From Myxococcota bacterium (GTDB lineage Bacteria > Myxococcota_A > SURF-8), in assembly GCA_963674735.2 (NCBI GenBank), contig CAXXQS010000002.1, positions 896,001 to 960,000 of the forward strand: 64,000 nt of DNA, written 5' to 3'. Positions 38,609 to 50,270 of the stretch are shown piece by piece; positions within the stretch are counted from its first letter, which is position 1, and each line of letters opens with the position of its first letter. A program made the position numbers and the translations under genes. The notes under the pieces are model-generated. The model ran no database searches. It was not told the origin of the DNA and saw only the letters and a program-made list of their open reading frames with translations.

Positions 38609-39589
38609 TCAACCCTCCTTGATGCGCAGGCCATCGAGGCGCTCGCGGCCGATCAGGTCCAGGTACTCGGCGTGGTCGGCGACCCCGTAGACGTATTTGT
38701 CGAGGTAGGCTTTCACCTTCTGCGGGTCTTTCGACTCCTCAAAATAGCGTTTGATGTGTTCCTCGTCCCGTTCATACTCCCCGTTCATTTCTCCCGGGTG
38801 AGAACCGAAGGGGGCGTGCACCACCGCGTCCACGACGTAATAGGGGATGATGGTGCGATCGGGGGCCTTGCGAATCTCCTCGGTATCGACGATTTCCTCG
38901 GCCGAGACGATCAGCCGCTTGGAGGCGAAGGCCATTTCGGCCGCAAACCCCGTAATCCCGTCGATCTGGCAATTTCCGTATTTGTCGGCGCGGTTGACGT
39001 GGATGACCCCCACGTCCAGCACCAGAGCGGGAATAAGTGCGACCGGTTCGCCGGTGAAAGGACATTCGATCACCTTGGCCGCCGAATATTTCAATGTGTC
39101 GGTACCCAGCATGGAGCGCACCGGCAAGAACGGGACGCCCATGGCGGCCGCCTTGAAACGCCAGGCCAACGCGGCGTTGGACCACTCCACCACCGTTTCC
39201 ACGTAACCCGATTCCACCGTGCGCCGCAGATTGTGCGACACACCGTAAACTTCGAGCCCGATGTAGGTCCAGTCCATTTCCTTGATGCAATTGGCGGCGG
39301 CCAGCAGATCCGCCTCGTATACGCCTTGGGCGGCGGAACGGATGCTTTTGAAGCCCTGCCGAATGATCTCGCGCGTCAGCGACATGGGGCAACGCACCGT
39401 GCCGTACAACTCGATGCCGACATAGTCGCCCTCGTTGACCCAGCGGCTGATGGCCTCTTTCTCGCTGCAGCGCTTGTCGACCAGGGCCTTGTTTTTCGCC
39501 CGGTTGAGCGCCCGGAAGTCATCCAGATCGAAGGGCTGAATCAGCTTGCCCTGTCCCTCTTCGAGTAGTCGCAACGTTTTGTTTTCCAT
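38609..39589 (-). CDS. gctA: Family I CoA-transferase alpha subunit (glutaconate CoA-transferase A-like)
   Basis: REIIRQG, RFKAAAMGVPFLP, CPFTG, HV.RADKYGN, EEIV, P.GSHP. Confidence 0.85.
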   Translation of the reverse strand: MENKTLRLLEEGQGKLIQPFDLDDFRALNRAKNKALVDKRCSEKEAISRWVNEGDYVGIELYGTVRCPMSLTREIIRQGFKSIRSAAQGVYEADLLAAANCIKEMDWTYIGLEVYGVSHNLRRTVESGYVETVVEWSNAALAWRFKAAAMGVPFLPVRSMLGTDTLKYSAAKVIECPFTGEPVALIPALVLDVGVIHVNRADKYGNCQIDGITGFAAEMAFASKRLIVSAEEIVDTEEIRKAPDRTIIPYYVVDAVVHAPFGSHPGEMNGEYERDEEHIKRYFEESKDPQKVKAYLDKYVYGVADHAEYLDLIGRERLDGLRIKEG

Positions 39590-39771
39590 GGCGTCTCCCC
39601 AGAAAATGACAACATTCCGGTCTCTTCAGCCAATGATTCTCGACCGCATCCGGCCAAGCCATGACCCGCGCGGCCGATCGCCTTCGCGCCGACGCTAAGA
39701 GCGACGACCGCCGGCCAGCCTTTCGGTGGTCGGCGAAGCGAGATCGAATTCCCGATGACGGGAGGTTACCG

Positions 39772-39807
39772 AAAAAAGCCCGGAGCGCTGTGGCATACGC
39801 TCCGGGC
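39772..39807 (-). terminator. Intrinsic terminator after nifJ
   Basis: GCCCGGAGCG-loop-CGCTCCGGGC followed by T6 on the minus strand. Confidence 0.85.
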
Positions 39808-39820
39808 CGGTTTCTTTGGT

Positions 39821-43447
<3,627 letters not shown>

Positions 43448-43524
43448 GTCTCACCTCTGGTTTCCGTCGCACGGTGTGCAATAGTTTGGAAGATCGCAAA
43501 CGCCCGCTTACCAACTTGAGCCTT

Positions 43525-43583
43525 CACTTGACGCATCGCTTCGCATACACAACGAGGCGGGCGCTCGTTTTCCCCGTCAAGCG
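43525..43583 (-). ncRNA. Candidate structured 5' leader of nifJ (three-way junction)
   Basis: P1 CGCUUGACG/CGUCAAGUG (9 bp) enclosing GGGAA, hairpin AACGAG-N7-CUCGUU and a GC-GAA-GC minihairpin; starts ~6 nt after TATAAT. Confidence 0.4.
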
Positions 43584-43589
43584 TGGCTC

Positions 43590-43617
43590 ATTATAACGAC
43601 CGATAAGGACGTGTCCA
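43590..43617 (-). promoter_or_regulatory. Putative sigma70 promoter of nifJ
   Basis: Minus strand TGGACA-N16-TATAAT. Confidence 0.6.
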
Positions 43618-43711
43618 GGGTTTTCGTCTGAATTAATTCGGATTCACAAACGAAGCCATCCGGCATCAAACCGAGGGCTGCGGCAAGGTTCCGCAGCTGG
43701 CGGAATCAGGA

Positions 43712-43804
43712 TCAGACAACCACCTTCCAGATCACCAGCGCCAGAACAATAACGCCGGTGAGATAAAGGAGGTCACGATCGATTTTGGCGAGCATCTTCT
43801 GCAT
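43712..43804 (-). CDS. Unannotated 30-aa single-pass membrane protein MQKMLAKIDRDLLYLTGVIVLALVIWKVVV
   Basis: ATG...TGA read by hand; GGAG 7 nt upstream of the ATG; hydrophobic C-terminal half; sigma54 promoter ~45 nt upstream; hairpin TTCCGC...GCGGAA downstream. Confidence 0.7.
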   Translation of the reverse strand: MQKMLAKIDRDLLYLTGVIVLALVIWKVVV

Positions 43805-43848
43805 CGTCCGGCTCCGGTTTCACATTTCAACTCTCATCCGAATTTTCA

Positions 43849-43864
43849 TGCAAATCTTGCGCCA
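43849..43864 (-). promoter_or_regulatory. Sigma54 (-24/-12) promoter of the small protein gene
   Basis: Minus strand TGGCGCAAGATTTGCA = GG-N10-GC, near consensus TGGCAC-N5-TTGC. Confidence 0.75.
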
Positions 43865-44057
43865 CCCTGGCACAACATCTCTTAATCATTCAAATCGGCC
43901 TATTTTTCGTATTCTTGATGGGATTAATCGGGAATGACTATGAAATTTTTGTCAGGCTTGTTTGAAAAATAGTCACCATTCCTGCTTGCAAAACACTCCG
44001 ACCATCTTTCGGTCACCTTTTTCCGGAATCCGGACGTTTTCAGAGCAACAAAACACA

Positions 44058-44070
44058 TAACCTACTGATT
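44058..44070 (-). promoter_or_regulatory. IHF binding site
   Basis: Minus strand AATCAGTAGGTTA matches WATCARNNNNTTR, ~20 bp upstream of the radC -24 box. Confidence 0.6.
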
Positions 44071-44086
44071 ATACTTAACTATTTAG

Positions 44087-44102
44087 TTGGCACAGACTGT
44101 GC
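44087..44102 (+). promoter_or_regulatory. Sigma54 (-24/-12) promoter of radC
   Basis: TTGGCACAGACTGTGC = GG-N10-GC; AGGAGG RBS and ATG ~35 nt downstream. Confidence 0.7.
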
Positions 44103-44136
44103 GAGGTTCTAGAAGCCGAACCGCACAGGAGGTGAC

Positions 44137-45012
44137 ATGTCGCTTCAAAAAAAAATGCGAGAGACACACGCTCGCCATTTGCCCGTACCCACTCCCCACC
44201 GGCTGACCGCGAGTGAAACCGACCTTTTAGCCATACTGCTGGAGTCGAACGACCAGAACAGACGTCAGGCAGCGGCCGCAGCCGATGCCTTGATACGACA
44301 TTATGGGTCGCTGGCCAATCTGCGCCGCGCCACAGCCACCGAGTTGCAACGAATTGCGGGGTTCGGACAGCAGGACAGTCTGCGAATATTGGCGGCGCTG
44401 GAAGTGGGACGCCGGGCCTTGATTCCCGACCGGGTGGATCGCCCCGTGCTGGCCGACTCGGCCACCGTCTTCGCCATTTACGGACCCAACCTCATCCGGC
44501 AACGACGCGAAGTGCTGGTGGCGGCGCTGGTGGATGCCAAATTGCGTTGGATGCGCGACGTACATCTGGCTGAGGGAGCGCTGTTCGAATGCATCCTGCG
44601 GCCACGCGACATCTTTGCAGCTATTCTGGCCGAATCTCCGGCAGGGGTCGTTCTCATCCATAATCATCCGTCCGGCGATCCAACGCCTTCCGACGATGAT
44701 CGACATTTCACCAATCGCATTCTGGAAGCAGGCCGCGTGCTGGGCGTCCGTATTCTCGATCATGTCGTGGTTGGCGCGGACGGCTACTACAGCTTCGCCG
44801 ATCACAATGAAATGTCGCTAAACACCAGTCCGGAACGGGCGAAGCCGCATCGGGACGACAGCGCCGCCTGGCAGCATTTCCGCGAAACCCACCAGACCCT
44901 GAGCGTGGCTCCGTCCGCCTGTTGCATGCATGATTTCGATGATCCGATGGATATCCCGTTCGACAAGCAATTCCCGGCTATTTGCAAGGCGGAAAAAGAA
45001 CAAGAGAAGTAG
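44137..45012 (+). CDS. radC: RadC-family JAB/MPN protein with C-terminal extension
   Basis: SETDLLAILL, HhH region (ELQRIAGFG), JAMM motif HNHPSGDPTPSDDD, ILDHVVVG...YYSF. Confidence 0.9.
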   Translation: MSLQKKMRETHARHLPVPTPHRLTASETDLLAILLESNDQNRRQAAAAADALIRHYGSLANLRRATATELQRIAGFGQQDSLRILAALEVGRRALIPDRVDRPVLADSATVFAIYGPNLIRQRREVLVAALVDAKLRWMRDVHLAEGALFECILRPRDIFAAILAESPAGVVLIHNHPSGDPTPSDDDRHFTNRILEAGRVLGVRILDHVVVGADGYYSFADHNEMSLNTSPERAKPHRDDSAAWQHFRETHQTLSVAPSACCMHDFDDPMDIPFDKQFPAICKAEKEQEK

Positions 45013-45079
45013 GGGTGGCAATCAGGCGTTTCACTTCCAGGCTTTTCACCGTTTTCCACCCTCTATAAATTCGGCTTAC

Positions 45080-45156
45080 GGTGTGCCATGGGCCAAGCCT
45101 GTGGCTTGCCCATGCTGTTTTCACGGGCAAACCTGACGGTTTAGCCCGTGCCACCC
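45080..45156. repeat. Inverted pair of REP-like palindromes (REPIN-like)
   Basis: GGTGTGC-CATGGGCCAAGC..GCTTGCCCATG and, on the other strand, GGGTGG-CACGGGCTAAACC..GGTTTGCCCGTG, 7 nt apart. Confidence 0.6.
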
Positions 45157-45344
45157 ATCATCCATCGAAGATGATTCGAGACTCAATCAGAATTGAAATG
45201 CCGTAGAAGTGACAACCCTTTACCTTCCTCCCCGGTTCGTCTTTGCCCCGTCGCTTCGCTGCATTCCGCGGCAACACGCATGATCCTTGCATTCCACGCC
45301 GCTTCAGCGATAATGGGCGACGAAGACGGTGCAAGGAGGAACGG

Positions 45345-46025
45345 ATGCAAAAGCACGGGCGAGTAAAGATGACAGCGGTTGTGTGGATGGGAGTGCTGGC
45401 GCTTTTAGGCTGCGCGACGACCGATCCGCATCCCCGGCCGAATCCCTATATCATGGAAGAGAAAACCGGCATCTTCCTCAATACCTTTTCGCTCGGCCAA
45501 GGCGATTTCCCGGTTTTAGGCGGTTTGGAAGACATGCCCGCCCCGCCCGCCGTCATCATGCTCGACGAGGCCAAGGTACGCTCCCGACTCTTCGGCGCCT
45601 TTAGCCGTCACGACATCACGCTTAAGCCGGATTATCCCTTCAATTACGGCCGAGTACATGTCAACCTGGATGGATACGACCCCCAACGGTTGGTGGGTTA
45701 TCTCTACATTTCGAAAGACGACTATGAGCTTCCCAAGCCCTCGCCGCCCGGCAAACCGCCCAGCACCGGCCTTTATTATACCCAGCCGGACCCGGCCCGC
45801 GTGTCCATGCCCGAACTGATCGTCCTGGAGCAGCTCAACGGCCAGGAACGCTGCTACATCGCCTTGATCAATGCCCATCAATTCGCCTTGCCGGTGGACG
45901 CCACCGAAATCGAAACGGAAGCGATGTTCAAACGCCTGGACGCCCGCATCGATTTGTACTTGTCCTGGGTGGACGCCCGCCACGCCAAACGCCGCCAGCA
46001 AGGCGTTGTCGAGCGTGAAAAATGA
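45345..46025 (+). CDS. Hypothetical lipoprotein
   Basis: AAGGAGG RBS; lipobox LLGC; ATGA coupling to the next gene. Confidence 0.65.
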   Translation: MQKHGRVKMTAVVWMGVLALLGCATTDPHPRPNPYIMEEKTGIFLNTFSLGQGDFPVLGGLEDMPAPPAVIMLDEAKVRSRLFGAFSRHDITLKPDYPFNYGRVHVNLDGYDPQRLVGYLYISKDDYELPKPSPPGKPPSTGLYYTQPDPARVSMPELIVLEQLNGQERCYIALINAHQFALPVDATEIETEAMFKRLDARIDLYLSWVDARHAKRRQQGVVEREK

Positions 46026-48922
46026 GCGATTCTGAACGATTACGCCGCCAGCTACAGGCCGCGCTGAAGGGATCGTTCCGTGGACGGCAACATCTCGGAC
46101 ATTCCGCCCGCATGCTGTTTTCCACCGACGCCTCGCTATTTCAGGTCGAGCCTTTAGCCGCTTTGGTTCCGCAAGACGCGGAGGATCTGCAAACAGCCTT
46201 GCGCCTGGCCCGTGACCTGGCCATCGGCGTACACCCGCGCGGCGCGGCCACCGGTTTGGCAGGTGAATCGCTGGGGCCGGGGATTGTCATCGACTGTCAT
46301 CCGGGTTTACGCCACATCGGGCCCATCGACGTCGAACAGCGCCGCGTGCGTGTCGGTGCAGGGGTTACACTGGCCGAGTTGAACGCGGCCACCGCACCTT
46401 ACGGCTTGATGTTCGGCCCCGATCCGTCTTCCGGCACACGCGCGACTTTCGGCGGTATGGTGGGCACCAACGCCACCGGCGCCCATTCCCTCGATTACGG
46501 CTACACCGGCGACCACCTTTTATCGGCCGAACTGATCGGAGCCGACGGTGAACGGCAAACACTCGCCTCCGGTCCATTGAGCGATCAACCCGAACGCTGG
46601 CGCGCGTTGGCCAAACGGGTGGAGGCTCATCGAGAGACAATCGAAGCCGCTTACCCCGCACAGCCGCGTAACCGCGCCGGATACAATCTGAAAAACCTGT
46701 GGGACGGCCAGCAGTTACATCCCTTGAACCTTCTTTGTGGATCCGAAGGCACCCTGGGAATCGTCACCGAACTCACCCTCAATCTGGTGCCGCGCCCGGC
46801 GCATGCCAGCCTGCTGATGGTGCTCTACGACGACCTTCAGGCGGCGGCGGCTGGCGTTGCCGAACTGATGGCCTTCAAGCCGTCGGCGCTGGAATTGATC
46901 GACTACCACATCATCGAGATGGGGCGCAAACACGTCCACCGACTCTCCGAGCTTCTCCCCGGCACGGCCCGAGCAGTTTTGCTGGCTGAATGGACGGGCT
47001 CCTCGGAAGAAGCCGCACGCGACGCCATGTCTCCGGCTTTACAGGCGCTCGGGCGTCCCGGAAATGCCGTCAGCGAATGGCGTGAGGCCCACGAACCACG
47101 CGACAAAGCCACCTTGTGGCTGATCCGCCGCGAGGCCGAAGCACTGGTAATGAACCAACCGGGACGGGAACGTGCGCTCAGTTTTGTGGAGGACACGGCC
47201 GTTCCCTACGACCGGCTGCCGGAGTGGGTGGCGATTAAAACGCGCCTCTTCGCTCAACACGGTCTGCGCTGGGCTACTTTCGGTCACGCCGGAGCGGGCG
47301 AATTGCACACGAAAGTGTTCATCGATCCCTTTAAAGTCGGAGATTACAAGCGCTTGGACGCCCTGGCGCGCGACCTGTATCCCGAGGCGATACGGCTGGG
47401 CGGTACGATTTCGGGCGAACACGGCGACGGCTTGTTGCGAGGTCCATATTTGGGACTGCAATACCCCGAGTTGCTCCCGCTGTTCGGTGAAGTCAAGCAT
47501 CTGCTAGACCCGGCGGGACTGTTCAACCCCGGCCGCAAAACCACGGATTTCCACGAACATCCGGCCATGAAGTTTTCACGGTTGGGGAGACGCAAGCCGG
47601 ATTCTCGCATCATTCCAGCCCTATTCGAAGACCCCGACAGCCTCGCACGCGAAAGCGCCGCCTGTCATGGTTGCGGTGCCTGCCGCTCGCATCAACCGGA
47701 ATTGCGCATGTGTCCTTTGTTTCGCGCCACCGGCGACGAACTGGCCACTCCGCGTGCCATCGGCAATCTGGCGCGGCTCAGCCTGTACGGTCCGCTGGAT
47801 ATCTCGGATCGTCTCGACGACACGGCTCGGGAAGTGGCCGGGTATTGTTTCAACTGTAAGCTGTGTCGCCTCGAATGCCCGAGCCACGTGGACATTCCCG
47901 CCCTGGCGCAGGAACTGACCATCGCCAACACGCGACGTTTCGGCGCAAGTGTGGCAGGCCGCTTTTTCGCCGAACTGGACCGCCGCGCCGGTCGGCTGGG
48001 TCCGCTGGCGGCGTTCTTGAATCTGGGCATGGGAATACCCGCCACCCGCCGCAGCGCGGAACGGCTGTTCGGTTTGACGCCGGGGCTTCCCACGCTCCCG
48101 TTCGAACGTGGTTCTTTTTTCATAAAAGCGCAGTCTATCCGGGAAGATGAAGATGGAGAGCCGCTGGTGTATGTCCCCGACACACACGTGCTGGCCCAGA
48201 ACCACGCACTCGGTTTGGCCGTCCTGCGGCACTTGCGCGGGGCGGGTAATCGCGTGTCGGTATATACCCGCGCAGGCGTGGGACTCCCGGCCTTGAGCCA
48301 CGGGCTCGTGGATGCGCTCATTCCGCGTATCCGCCTGATGGCGACGGAATTGCAAAGCTTGTGCGGTCGCGATGCCCGGCTGGTGTTCAGTGAACCGAGC
48401 GCGGCTCTGATGGTCCGCGACGAATGGCCACGCCTCGTGCCGGAGACGGCGGTGCAGTCGCTGGCGGAGCGTGTCGTCGACGCCACCGATTTCCTGGCGC
48501 AGCAGCCGCAACACGAAATGTCACACCCGCAGAATTCGGCTGCGGGACAGACGGCCGAACGACCGCTGAAAGTAGCTTACCACGTTCCTTGTCATGTCAA
48601 AGCGTTAGGCCTCGACGAACCGGCCCGACGCTTGTGGAAAGACCACCCCGGTCTCGAAATCGAGACGCTGGCCGCGGGTTGTTGCGGCATGGCCGGCACC
48701 TTCGGTATGGTGGCGCAAAACGACGCACTGGCAAAAGCCGTAGGCAAGCCGCTGGCCCAGGCAATCGCGCATAGCGCCCCCGATGCGCTGATGACGGAAT
48801 GCTCGGCCTGCGCACTTGCCATCCGCCGTCTTGTACCGCAACTGCCGGTGGTTCACCCCTTCATGTTGTCGGAATTGCTCCCGAACGAAGCCGACAGAGA
48901 CAACCGGACCCAACAACGTTAG
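46022..48922 (+). CDS. FAD-binding and (Fe-S)-binding oxidoreductase (GlcD/GlpC fusion, YdiJ-like)
   Basis: STDAS, PRGAATGLAG, GPDPSS, GSEGTLG, GHAGAGELH, SGEHGDG, CHGCGAC, CFNCKLC, C-terminal CCGMAG. Confidence 0.9.
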   Translation: MSDSERLRRQLQAALKGSFRGRQHLGHSARMLFSTDASLFQVEPLAALVPQDAEDLQTALRLARDLAIGVHPRGAATGLAGESLGPGIVIDCHPGLRHIGPIDVEQRRVRVGAGVTLAELNAATAPYGLMFGPDPSSGTRATFGGMVGTNATGAHSLDYGYTGDHLLSAELIGADGERQTLASGPLSDQPERWRALAKRVEAHRETIEAAYPAQPRNRAGYNLKNLWDGQQLHPLNLLCGSEGTLGIVTELTLNLVPRPAHASLLMVLYDDLQAAAAGVAELMAFKPSALELIDYHIIEMGRKHVHRLSELLPGTARAVLLAEWTGSSEEAARDAMSPALQALGRPGNAVSEWREAHEPRDKATLWLIRREAEALVMNQPGRERALSFVEDTAVPYDRLPEWVAIKTRLFAQHGLRWATFGHAGAGELHTKVFIDPFKVGDYKRLDALARDLYPEAIRLGGTISGEHGDGLLRGPYLGLQYPELLPLFGEVKHLLDPAGLFNPGRKTTDFHEHPAMKFSRLGRRKPDSRIIPALFEDPDSLARESAACHGCGACRSHQPELRMCPLFRATGDELATPRAIGNLARLSLYGPLDISDRLDDTAREVAGYCFNCKLCRLECPSHVDIPALAQELTIANTRRFGASVAGRFFAELDRRAGRLGPLAAFLNLGMGIPATRRSAERLFGLTPGLPTLPFERGSFFIKAQSIREDEDGEPLVYVPDTHVLAQNHALGLAVLRHLRGAGNRVSVYTRAGVGLPALSHGLVDALIPRIRLMATELQSLCGRDARLVFSEPSAALMVRDEWPRLVPETAVQSLAERVVDATDFLAQQPQHEMSHPQNSAAGQTAERPLKVAYHVPCHVKALGLDEPARRLWKDHPGLEIETLAAGCCGMAGTFGMVAQNDALAKAVGKPLAQAIAHSAPDALMTECSACALAIRRLVPQLPVVHPFMLSELLPNEADRDNRTQQR

Positions 48923-49003
48923 TCGGTCATCCGTATTCTTCTCTCCTACAGTTGCCAACTCCCTCGAATCACCGCCGATTGCACCGAGATTGGCCTATTT
49001 GTC

Positions 49004-49032
49004 TTGCATCTCAAGCCCGGTTCCGGTAAACT
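49004..49032 (+). promoter_or_regulatory. Putative sigma70 promoter of dksA
   Basis: TTGCAT-N17-TAAACT. Confidence 0.5.
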
Positions 49033-49137
49033 TTCGCAAATGAAAGAGGTTTTGCGTTCTTTGAAGTTGCGGATTTCAGAGCAGATATCGGCTGAAACGC
49101 CGCGCTCTTGATGCAAACCTCATGTTCCAGCAGGGGA

Positions 49138-49512
49138 ATGGGCATGAATAAACGCCAACTCAAAACGTATGAGAGACTTCTCAACAAGAAAATCGATTCT
49201 CTGATCGGAAAAGCCGACTCCGCTGTAGGCGGTATGAGCACGGAGCGGGAAACCTTTCCCGACCCCACCGATCAAGCGGCGATGGAGGCCGAACGGAACT
49301 TCATGCTGCGCGTGCGCGATCGCGAACGCAAGCTGATTCTCAAAGCACGAAGCGCCCTGGCCCGCATCGAAAGCGGCAACTACGGCTATTGCGACCGCTG
49401 CGGCGAGCAGATCTCCGATCGCCGCCTCAAGGCCCGGCCGGAAGCGACCATGTGCATCGAATGCAAACGCGAACTCGAAGATCGGGAGCGGCAGGCTCGC
49501 TTGATGCGCTGA
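49138..49512 (+). CDS. dksA: RNA polymerase-binding transcription factor DksA
   Basis: Coiled-coil tip PDPTDQA, RDRERKLI, YGYCDRCG...RLKARP.ATMCIECK. Confidence 0.95.
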   Translation: MGMNKRQLKTYERLLNKKIDSLIGKADSAVGGMSTERETFPDPTDQAAMEAERNFMLRVRDRERKLILKARSALARIESGNYGYCDRCGEQISDRRLKARPEATMCIECKRELEDRERQARLMR

Positions 49513-49604
49513 ACGCCGGAGGGAAAGCCCATTGATTTCCAGGGACAACTTGTGTTAGAACGCCCTTCTGTGTGAAGGGCGTTTTTCACGTTTCAGGGGA
49601 TGTC

Positions 49605-50270
49605 ATGCCTAAACTGGCCCAATTAAAGACGATTTTCATCATAGTCGCCCTGTTGACGGGAAGCCTGGCTTTGTCGGGTTACGTAGACCCCTATCCTTTA
49701 CAACTTCACCGCCTGTCCACCCACGCCGCCGTTTGGAGCAGCTTGAACTTGAAGGGTCAGCGCACGCAGGTGGACAGCGCAAGCGGGTCGACCCTGACCG
49801 AATCCCTGAACCTTACCCTGACACGGCCCGACCGGGTGGCCCTCGTCGGCAACGAAGCGGGCCAAACCCCAACCGCCATACCCAGCCCCCTGCGACAGGC
49901 GCTCAACTTGTTGATGCTCGCCGCCGATAAACCAGCCCTGCACAAACGCATCGGCCAACTCGGCATCGCCACCGGAACGATCGGTCTAGGTCGCATCGGA
50001 CGGACGGTCTGCGTCATCGTGGGAGCGGGAGAACATCAAACCAAACTTCCCCAGATCTGGATCGATAAAGACCGACATCACCTGGCGCGGGTCATTCTGC
50101 CTTTGGTCGCCGGAAACGCGGACGCCTTCGCCGAAATCACCTTCAGCGATTGGGATTTCCCCGGCACCGGCGGACGCTTCCCGCATACGGTCACCCTGCG
50201 GGTCGGTGAAACGCGGATCGAACACTGGGTGATCGAAACGGCCCAGCCCAACACCGGTCGACGCCCATGA
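49605..50270 (+). CDS. Exported hypothetical protein (LolA-like beta fold possible)
   Basis: Signal peptide; PQIWIDKD...RV...ITFSDW...FPHTV; coupled to priA. Confidence 0.55.
   Translation: MPKLAQLKTIFIIVALLTGSLALSGYVDPYPLQLHRLSTHAAVWSSLNLKGQRTQVDSASGSTLTESLNLTLTRPDRVALVGNEAGQTPTAIPSPLRQALNLLMLAADKPALHKRIGQLGIATGTIGLGRIGRTVCVIVGAGEHQTKLPQIWIDKDRHHLARVILPLVAGNADAFAEITFSDWDFPGTGGRFPHTVTLRVGETRIEHWVIETAQPNTGRRP

Noticed and set aside
43630-43650. Possible Rex operator near the nifJ promoter
   Set aside because: Only the TTCACAA half-site matches.
44137-45012. radC as a marker of an integrated mobile element
   Set aside because: It has the HhH-containing chromosomal architecture, and no integrase, att site or compositional shift is nearby.
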